Of a DNA stretch of 64,000 nucleotides, positions 19,707 to 27,033 are shown in pieces (position 1 is the first letter of the stretch; each line of letters starts with the position of its first letter). The DNA is taken from NCBI GenBank assembly GCA_947053925.1, contig CAMRUG010000001.1, forward strand, positions 68,768 to 132,767. Reading direction: 5' to 3'. Source of the DNA: an uncultured Clostridia bacterium. Lineage in GTDB: Bacteria > Bacillota > Clostridia > Christensenellales > CAG-314. A program made the position numbers and the translations under genes. The notes under the pieces are model-generated. The model did no database searches. It was not told the DNA's origin and saw nothing but the letters and a program-made list of their open reading frames with translations.

Positions 19707-19735
19707 ATAGTAGCACAAAGTAAATAAATTTTCAA
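19707..19735 (-). promoter_or_regulatory. SigA promoter of riboswitch-antiporter-mntP
   Basis: Minus strand TTGAAA, 17 nt, TACTAT with extended TG. Confidence 0.65.
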
Positions 19736-20333
19736 CAAATTTTACTAGATTTAATTACAGATTGATAAATTTGTGTGCAGTAAAAATTATCATTTGTGAA
19801 TAAAAATGGATTTAGTAAAAGTCTATTTGAAAAATTTGCTGAAAATGGCAGACAAATAGTTAAAATGGGAGAGTAGAACAGTTTTCTATGAATTTTATCC
19901 AATACATTTTTATTTTGCAACGGTTGTAACTAATGCAAAATACAAAATATTATTGACAATAAATATAAATTAGTGTAACATTGTAAAGCAAAGAAATTTG
20001 TGATGAAAATTTATGCTAAATACGGTTGCAGAACAATAATCTGACAAGCAGATATAAAACAGTATGTTAGAACTGTTTTGTATAATCAATGTTAACGGAA
20101 TTATTAAAAGTACTGTTATACATTTCTGATTTTAGAAAAACAAATATTATAAGCAATAAAACAGCGGCAATAGCCTGTAAATTGTAACGCAGTAATCGAC
20201 GGTATCTGTGGCAGAGCCACAAGCGAGCGAAGCGGTCTTTAGCCGAGCAACGGAGTTGCGAACGCCGACCGCTGGTTAAAGTCAGTTAACCTTTTTGTTG
20301 GTAATTGCTAAAACAAACTTTAATTAAATATAC

Positions 20334-20422
20334 GGAGGCTTATCGAAGCGGTCATAACGAGGCGGTCTTGAAAACCGTTTGGGTGCAAGCCCACGGGGGT
20401 TCGAATCCCTCAGCCTCCGCCA
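20334..20422 (+). tRNA. tRNA-Ser (anticodon TGA)
   Basis: Acceptor GGAGGCT/AGCCTCC, anticodon loop CT-TGA-AA, long variable arm, GGTTCGAATCC T-loop, encoded CCA. Confidence 0.96.
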
Positions 20423-20450
20423 ACGACGTGGCTCGGCATTAGTCCACAAC

Positions 20451-20481
20451 AAAAGGAACACAAATTTATGTGTTCCTTTTT
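20451..20481 (+). terminator. Terminator after tRNA-Ser
   Basis: AAAAGGAACACA-aattta-TGTGTTCCTTTT. Confidence 0.75.
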
Positions 20482-20582
20482 GCTGTTCCCTTGGCACTTG
20501 CCACTGTGTTGGCTGCAACTGTGTGATAGCGAAATAATGTAGCGCTCCGTTTCACTACGCTTACCCTGCGCTTCGCTTTGGA

Positions 20583-20603
20583 CGAATCCCTCGGCCTCTG
20601 CCA
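20583..20603 (+). repeat. Degenerate copy of the tRNA-Ser 3' end (att-like)
   Basis: CGAATCCCTCGGCCTCTGCCA matches 20402-20422 CGAATCCCTCAGCCTCCGCCA at 19/21. Confidence 0.75.
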
Positions 20604-20959
20604 GTAAGAACCTAAATAGAATATCTCGGTTTAGGTTCTTATTTATCAATAGCAATAATGGAGTTACTATGTAAATACAAAAAGTATTATGTGAAAAAGG
20701 TTTTATGGGTAAAGTCGTCTATAATGCAAATTATTTTGATGTAGCACCGTCAAAGCGATATTCTTTAATAACAGAAAAAGATGGAAAGATTTTTATTAAC
20801 CGTTCTAATTTGACAGGTTCAGGAGCAGTAACGCTTTTTTATAGATTGACTGCGAAACAAAAATAGGCGGTCGTGGGGGCGCGTTTCGCCCTTGTTTGCC
20901 TATACACACGCTCCTGCGAGGCTCGCGTCAAGCGGAACGTGGAATATCGCGTTATTTGC

Positions 20960-21225
20960 TTAAATTTTCATTATTAAGTGAAAGTCTATCATTCTCGGCT
21001 GTTTCATATTCTGCATATATATCTGGTAGTTAACATTGTTGTCATAAAAAGAAAAACCTTGACTTTTGTCAAGGTTCAATGTTTTGGGTGTATTGTATAT
21101 GATGACCATTTTATCGTCAAACAGTCGTATCCGTTTTATCAATAGGTTTATGAGCATTTGCGGAGATTGCTCCAAACCGTGTCGGTAAAAGTCCGAAATC
21201 TCTTGCTTGTTTAATTTGAAAGCGG
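20960..21225 (-). pseudogene. C-terminal remnant of a large serine recombinase-like gene
   Basis: LNKQEISDFYRHGLEQSPQMLINLLIKRIRLFDDKMVIIYNTP resembles the conserved C-terminal tail of clostridial recombinases; no N-terminal catalytic domain; points toward the tRNA. Confidence 0.5.
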
Positions 21226-21258
21226 ATTGTAATTTTTTATAAAGTTTTCTTGTAATAG

Positions 21259-22437
21259 TTACACCGTTTTAAGTTTAAAGGTCAGTTTTACGGGGTTATG
21301 GTCGGAATATGCAAAGTCGGTGTCGATTATTTCTATACGTTCAATCTCGATATTATCCGATACTATAAAACCGTCTATTACGCAGGTGTAGTCTTTGTCG
21401 CGTTCCCATATAACGTCTGCGCCGCGGCAAGAACCCACGCTCGAATTGTTGTCTGCAACAATGGCAAAATGTTCGGGAATATCCTTTTGGTCATAGGTGC
21501 TTACCCACGCGGGAACTTTTTGGTTACTGGGGAATTTTTCCAAGTTGCCTATCAAGTCCTGATTAAAGTCGCCGCCCGCAATAACATAGTATCCTTTTGC
21601 GTATTCCTGTTCTAATACTGTTTTAAGCAACTCGGCTTGCTTTTTGCGGATAACGCCGCCTTCGTCGTATGCCGACATATGCAGCGAAATAACCGATAAC
21701 GTTCCGTTTTCCGTAGGAATGTGCGTAACGGCAAAACAACGGTCCAAATCGGTAAACTTAGAAAAATCGTCCGCAATGGGAAAAGCGTAACGCGTGCTGT
21801 CTTGTATGTTGTATTTACTCAGCGTCATAATGCCCGCATTGTTTTTGCCGTGCGGGTCGTTAAACGGATAAAACAGATAACTGCTGTGATAATTTATTGC
21901 AAGGGTAGAAGCATAACCGTCGAGCGTCGAAAACGCTACGCGTTGGTCAACTTTGTAACTGCGTGTCGAGTCGTAGTCTACTTCCTGAATAATTGCAAAA
22001 TCAGGGTTATGCTCTTTTATAATATTTGCTGCACCGTTAATGTTCTTTACGACGTCTTCCTTAGATATCGCTTTGCCGTATTTGCCTTGCGTGGGCGTTC
22101 CGTCTTTCATTGTGCCCGTATCCATAAAAAACGTGTAATTGGGACTGTACGCGCCAAAGCCGACGTTGTAAGTAATAATAGTGTGCGTATCGGCTGACGA
22201 TATAGTTGCCGAATTATTGTTTGTAACTTCCAGCGCAATATTGTCGTCTAAACGGTGATAGTCGCACACAACGTACAATAGATAAATTATAACGGTAAGC
22301 AAAAATAAGCCGACTAATCCTCCTGCAACTATTGCAGTAATGCGCGCGGCTTTTTGCCCGTTAGAAAGCGGTTTGCGGTCTTTATTATTGTTGTTTTGCG
22401 GCTGTATGTTTTCAACCGTATCGTTTTGTGCAGTCAT
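21259..22437 (-). CDS. Membrane-anchored endonuclease/exonuclease/phosphatase (EEP) family protein
   Basis: TYNVGFG, IQEVD, HMSAY, GGDFN, IDGFIVS, SDHNPV motifs; N-terminal TM. Confidence 0.9.
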   Translation of the reverse strand: MTAQNDTVENIQPQNNNNKDRKPLSNGQKAARITAIVAGGLVGLFLLTVIIYLLYVVCDYHRLDDNIALEVTNNNSATISSADTHTIITYNVGFGAYSPNYTFFMDTGTMKDGTPTQGKYGKAISKEDVVKNINGAANIIKEHNPDFAIIQEVDYDSTRSYKVDQRVAFSTLDGYASTLAINYHSSYLFYPFNDPHGKNNAGIMTLSKYNIQDSTRYAFPIADDFSKFTDLDRCFAVTHIPTENGTLSVISLHMSAYDEGGVIRKKQAELLKTVLEQEYAKGYYVIAGGDFNQDLIGNLEKFPSNQKVPAWVSTYDQKDIPEHFAIVADNNSSVGSCRGADVIWERDKDYTCVIDGFIVSDNIEIERIEIIDTDFAYSDHNPVKLTFKLKTV

Positions 22438-22683
22438 TATGGTCTCCTTAAAACGTATTTTACATTAAACTCAATCCGACAGTTACCGCTATAATTTTGC
22501 AATATTGCAAAATTACACCGTATTCAAATCGGTATGTTTGTTGATAATTACTATACAATATTTAGCGGTATGTGTCAATAGCGATTGTTTTCAGATAGCC
22601 GTACAAAATAGTAGTTTTATTGACATTTTTGCTCGATTGGTAGTATAATAAGGCAAATCTGATTAAGGAGAGATAAATTTACT

Positions 22684-23151
22684 ATGGCAAATAACAAATT
22701 GAATTTGTCTGCTAATAATATAGTTAATTGTGTTTTGTATGCTGTAATAGGCATTTTGCTTATTGCATTAAGGTCGGGCTCATTGGGGATATTGTTTACC
22801 GTTATAGGCGTTTTGTTTGTAGCAATGGGTATTTACGATTTGATAAAGAACAACTGGACGCGCGGTGCGGTCGAAACGGCTGTTGGCGTAGTAATTCTCG
22901 TTTGCGGTTGGACTATTGCCGAATGGGTGTTGTTGATATTCGGCGTGCTTTTAATAATAAAAGGCGTAATAGATATTATCAATAATTACAAAAACGGTAT
23001 AAAATCGCTGCTTTCGCCTATCGTCATCACCGTTATAGGGATAGTGCTTGTTGTTTCTAAATTTGCGCTCATCGACGTTATGTGTATAGTCGCAGGAGTT
23101 ATCTTTTTGATAAACGCGGCGTTGATACTGTTCGATCAAAAAATTGTATAA
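22684..23151 (+). CDS. DUF308/HdeD-like membrane protein
   Basis: Repeated short TM hairpins (GVLFVAMGIYDL / GVLLIIKGVIDI); AAGGAG RBS. Confidence 0.65.
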   Translation: MANNKLNLSANNIVNCVLYAVIGILLIALRSGSLGILFTVIGVLFVAMGIYDLIKNNWTRGAVETAVGVVILVCGWTIAEWVLLIFGVLLIIKGVIDIINNYKNGIKSLLSPIVITVIGIVLVVSKFALIDVMCIVAGVIFLINAALILFDQKIV

Positions 23152-23162
23152 TAATTTCTATC

Positions 23163-23196
23163 TAAGGCGTCGGCAATTCCGACGCCTTAATTTTTC
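23163..23196 (+). terminator. Intrinsic terminator
   Basis: TAAGGCGTCGG-caatt-CCGACGCCTTA plus T run. Confidence 0.8.
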
Positions 23197-23390
23197 TTGT
23201 CGCCCTTTGCAACAAAGATTGTTAATCACCGTTTGCAATATTAAAACCTAACATTGCGTGTACAGAAACAAGTAATGTGTTTTTAACTTAAAATTCGCTA
23301 AACATTGTTCTGCCTTTAAGCGAAGACAATTTTTCTTGTCGACCTTACGCAACAAAAATTGTCGAGCCGCTGTTAAGCGATGACAATTTT
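23197..23390. repeat. Dispersed repeat, two copies here and one at 48570
   Basis: TTGTCGCCCTTTGCAACAAAGATTGT (23197) and TTGTCGACCTTACGCAACAAAAATTGTCGAG...GCGATGACAATTTT (23336). Confidence 0.6.
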
Positions 23391-23750
23391 TATTTATAGG
23401 CGGTTAAACGCAAAGATAAAAGTACCCAGACTGTTTCTTTTGTCGGTTTAAACTAAGTTTGGTAAAAACAATCGTAAGTTTGTTTTACTTTAAATAATCC
23501 GCATTAAAAGCGTTTCAAAGTGTTTGTTTTTTATCATAGTCAATAACGGTTGAAAATAAGTCTGCAAATAATTCTTATATAAAATTTTAATATTTAGCAA
23601 GCGGTTTAAGTTTGTATCAACGCTTTTTGAAACATCTCAATTTTCAACTTCGGCAGTTGAAAGATAGAATAAATAAACAGTCAAAAATTCAGTAGTAATT
23701 ATAGTAAATTTCAAAAACACTTTTTGCAACGGGGTTTCATATATTACAGT

Positions 23751-25067
23751 ATGAAATTTCAAGATATTCCCCGCCGCATACATTTTGTAGGAATCGGCGG
23801 TATCGGTATGAGCGGTATGGCTCAATATTTACACAAAAAGGGCTACTGTATTACAGGCAGCGACAGACAGCAAAACGACAGAACCGAACAGTTGAGCGAT
23901 CTGGGTATTAAAATATACATAGGACACCAAAACTCAAATGTCGGCAATTCGGATATGGTAGTGCATACGTCTGCCGTGCATAACGATAACGAAGAAATTG
24001 TCGAAGCAAAAAAGCGGAACATTCCCGTAGTTTTACGCGAACAAATGCTCGGTGCAATTTTTAACAGTTTTAAAACGCGCATAGCCGTATGCGGAACTCA
24101 CGGAAAAACAACCGTTACCGCGATGATTCACGAAATACTCGTTTGTTGCGGCGTCTCTCATTGCGCGTTTATAGGCGGCGTTTATCACGGCAACAATTTT
24201 TACTACGGTAACGATATCGTTGTTGCGGAAGCGTGCGAATTTAACCGCAGTTTTTTAAATTTAAATCCGACAATTTGCGTTTGCGTAAATGCCGAATTTG
24301 ATCATCCGGATTGTTATAAAGACGAGCAGGATATTTTTAATGCGTTTGAACGGTTTATTAACAATACCGATAACGGCGGAAGTGTAGTTCTTCCGAAAAA
24401 ACTCTCATTTTTAAGGACCGAAAGAAAAAGGGTTTTTTACGACGACGTCGTTGCGGAAAATTTAAAAACGGTAGAAGGTAAGCCGCAATTTGAAATTAAA
24501 CAAAACGGAGTATGTTTAGGTAAAACGCAGTTAAACGTAGTGGGCGAACATAACGTAACTAACGCTTTTGCCGCCCTTGCGGTTGCAAATATCTTAAATT
24601 TGCCTACCAATAAAACGCTTGAAGCATTATCGTCTTTTGACGGGGTAGACAGACGTTGGACGGAAAAAGAGGGAATATGCAAGATTATCTGCGATTACGC
24701 CCATCATCCTACAGAAATAGAGTGTTCGATCTCCGCCGCCCAAAGCGTAACAAAAGGTAAAGTTATTTGTCTGTTTCAACCGCATACATATTCACGTACG
24801 CAAGCCTTTTTTGACAGGTTTGCCCAGTGCTTTAAAGGCGTTGACAAAGTAATTTACTTGCCCGTTTATTCCGCGAGAGAAATGCCCATTGGCGGAATAG
24901 ATTCCGAACGTCTTTCACGCCGTGCCCGCGATATGGGCGTTAATGCCTGTTACGCCGACAATTTTAGCGAAGCAAAAAACATTGTTTTAAATACCGTAAC
25001 CGCAAACGATTTACTGCTTATTTTGGGCGCAGGCGATATCGTAAATATCGCAGACGAATTTGTTTAA
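23751..25067 (+). CDS. murC: UDP-N-acetylmuramate--L-alanine ligase
   Basis: IHFVGIGGIGMSG, GTHGKTTVT, EACEF, DYAHHPTE, FQPHTYSRT, LGAGDI. Confidence 0.95.
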   Translation: MKFQDIPRRIHFVGIGGIGMSGMAQYLHKKGYCITGSDRQQNDRTEQLSDLGIKIYIGHQNSNVGNSDMVVHTSAVHNDNEEIVEAKKRNIPVVLREQMLGAIFNSFKTRIAVCGTHGKTTVTAMIHEILVCCGVSHCAFIGGVYHGNNFYYGNDIVVAEACEFNRSFLNLNPTICVCVNAEFDHPDCYKDEQDIFNAFERFINNTDNGGSVVLPKKLSFLRTERKRVFYDDVVAENLKTVEGKPQFEIKQNGVCLGKTQLNVVGEHNVTNAFAALAVANILNLPTNKTLEALSSFDGVDRRWTEKEGICKIICDYAHHPTEIECSISAAQSVTKGKVICLFQPHTYSRTQAFFDRFAQCFKGVDKVIYLPVYSAREMPIGGIDSERLSRRARDMGVNACYADNFSEAKNIVLNTVTANDLLLILGAGDIVNIADEFV

Positions 25068-25247
25068 CGGTTATAATACCGCCCGATTAAAAGCGATTTC
25101 AAAATTTGCGGCGTTTTAGTTTGCGTTTAATAAGCAAATGCGCTTACTGTTAGCGCAATTTAAAAATATCTCAAAGTTTTGACGGTATACTTTGCCGTTT
25201 GCTTTAAGACGCGGCAATAACGCAAAATGTTTTAAAGTGGTGTGTAC

Positions 25248-25394
25248 TTACGACAGATAGGCAATGTCGCCGCCGCACTGAGAGCATATATATGCGTTTT
25301 TTTCGGCGCAGCTCGGACAGGTCTGCTTGCGGCACTTTGTACAAATACAGTAATTGTTGACGTCTATATCGTTATTGCAAGAATAGCATTTCAT
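25248..25394 (-). CDS. 48-aa Cys-rich protein with four CxxC motifs (not in the ORF track)
   Basis: MKCYSCNNDIDVNNYCICTKCRKQTCPSCAEKNAYICSQCGGDIAYLS; GGAGG RBS 9 nt before ATG. Confidence 0.8.
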   Translation of the reverse strand: MKCYSCNNDIDVNNYCICTKCRKQTCPSCAEKNAYICSQCGGDIAYLS

Positions 25395-25398
25395 AATA

Positions 25399-25440
25399 AA
25401 AAACCTCCGTCTAAATTATTTACCAAAACGGAGGTTTTTA
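25399..25440 (-). terminator. Hairpin after the DUF3737 gene whose 3' arm carries the RBS of the small Cys-rich gene
   Basis: Minus strand AAAAACCTCCGT...ACGGAGGTTTTT. Confidence 0.6.
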
Positions 25441-25455
25441 GTATCTGAGATAATT

Positions 25456-26310
25456 TTATTTTTGCCGTAACGTTATTTTACAGTTATTTTTCATAACCGA
25501 CTGTTCGCGTACTATCTTGCCTATTGCGTCGGCAACAATTTCGCCGTATAAAGGGTTTTTAACAGAATCTATTTGTCCGGCAATGTCTGCTTGCACGTCG
25601 GAATATTCAAAAGCAAGGTCGCAATCCGTCATAGTGCAGTTAATAAGTTTCAAGTTTTTGCAGTAGCAAAGAGGTTGCGTTCCGATAATACGGCAGTTAA
25701 TAAACGTAACGTTTTGAGAATACCACGCTAAATATTCTCCCTTGACGGTGCTGTTTTTCACGACGACGTTATCGGCGTGCCAAAAGGCGTCTTTGGTGTC
25801 CAGTACGCTGTCGACTATTTCTACGTTTTTAGTATACTGAAAGGAATACTTCCCTCTAAAATTGACGTTTTGCAAGCGGATATTATCGGAATCGAACATA
25901 AAGTATTCCGAAATATACTTACCGCGAAGCAGGGTTATTCCGTCGCATTTCCAGCCTAATTCCGGCGAGGTGGCTTGACAGTCGTAGAGAGTAATATTTT
26001 TGCATTCGCGCAGAGCCTTTATTCCGTTTAATGTGCAGTTTAGTAATTCCGCGTTATTATCGTACCACATTGCCGCTCGGCACGTTTCGGTAAATTCGCT
26101 TTGTTTGACGGTAAAATCCGTGCCGTGCCATAAGGGATATCTTAGCTCGAATTTGCAGTTGAGTATATCAAAATTACGGCATTCTTTTAATGCCGATTCG
26201 CCGTCTTCTTTTCCTGCAAATTTGCAGCATTCAAGCGTCGCGTTTTGCAAATTGTATAAAGCGCGTTCTTCTCCGTATATTTTGTTTTTGATTAGTTTTC
26301 TTTGTTGCAT
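25456..26310 (-). CDS. DUF3737 family protein (beta-helix repeats)
   Basis: GEERALY, DGESALKE, LRYPLWH, GKYSFQY, TKDAFWH, GEYLAW, GTQPLCY, DLAFEYS. Confidence 0.9.
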   Translation of the reverse strand: MQQRKLIKNKIYGEERALYNLQNATLECCKFAGKEDGESALKECRNFDILNCKFELRYPLWHGTDFTVKQSEFTETCRAAMWYDNNAELLNCTLNGIKALRECKNITLYDCQATSPELGWKCDGITLLRGKYISEYFMFDSDNIRLQNVNFRGKYSFQYTKNVEIVDSVLDTKDAFWHADNVVVKNSTVKGEYLAWYSQNVTFINCRIIGTQPLCYCKNLKLINCTMTDCDLAFEYSDVQADIAGQIDSVKNPLYGEIVADAIGKIVREQSVMKNNCKITLRQK

Positions 26311-26449
26311 AATTTAAATTCGTTTTAATATTATTGAATAACGTTACGCATTATTATAGCACAAACAAATTTACAGCGCAAATAAAACGCCTTGCAAATA
26401 CTTTGATTATGTGTTACACTGTTAATAACTTGTAAAAGGAGAAATATTT

Positions 26450-26929
26450 ATGAGTAAAGAATCGGAAGCTTTAATAGTGTACAATACGCTTTGCAGTACG
26501 CTTGACAATATGAAATGGAATTATAACAAGGAAGAAGAAAATCTGATAGTAAGGACATCCGCCGTGGGGGATGATCTTACTATGAAGTTGTATATGAAAG
26601 TAGATTCGGAACGTTCGGTTATGTATCTCAAATCGGGAATGCCTTTTTCTGCGCCTATGGATCGTATAGATATTATGACAAAAGCGGTAATAATAGCAAA
26701 CTGGGCAATGCTTAACGGAAGTTTTGAAATGGATATCAGCGACGGATATATTGCGTTTAAATTGGTAGTGCCGTTTATGGAAAGCATAATCAGCGAAAAA
26801 GTATGCCATTATATGATAAATATATCTTGCCGTATGATAGATACATTTAACGACAAGTTTAAAAAGCTTGCGGAAGACAAGATGACTTTGGACGAATTTC
26901 AACAGTTTGCACAAGAAGCATTTAAATGA
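26450..26929 (+). CDS. YbjN-like domain protein
   Basis: Size and the ANWAMLNGSFEMDISDGYIAF pattern typical of YbjN/T3SS-chaperone-fold proteins. Confidence 0.65.
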   Translation: MSKESEALIVYNTLCSTLDNMKWNYNKEEENLIVRTSAVGDDLTMKLYMKVDSERSVMYLKSGMPFSAPMDRIDIMTKAVIIANWAMLNGSFEMDISDGYIAFKLVVPFMESIISEKVCHYMINISCRMIDTFNDKFKKLAEDKMTLDEFQQFAQEAFK

Positions 26930-26936
26930 TTTAAAG

Positions 26937-27025
26937 AACCGCGCGTTTTTAGAGCGCGGTTATTTTTTGATGTGTCGATTGCAAAACAATCAAAAAAATG
27001 CCCCGATAATTTCGGGGCATTTTTT
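26937..27025. terminator. Pair of terminators between convergent genes
   Basis: AACCGCGC...GCGCGGTT and AAAAAATGCCCCGA...TCGGGGCATTTTTT. Confidence 0.75.
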
Positions 27026-27033
27026 ATGCTGTT

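Noticed and set aside
20324-20655. Minus-strand ORFs 20324..20518 and 20410..20655
   Set aside because: Antisense to tRNA-Ser and its att-like copy (the typical WRRLRDSNPR shadow translation)
25242-25448. 68-aa plus-strand ORF
   Set aside because: Antisense shadow of the better-supported Cys-rich minus-strand ORF that has a strong RBS
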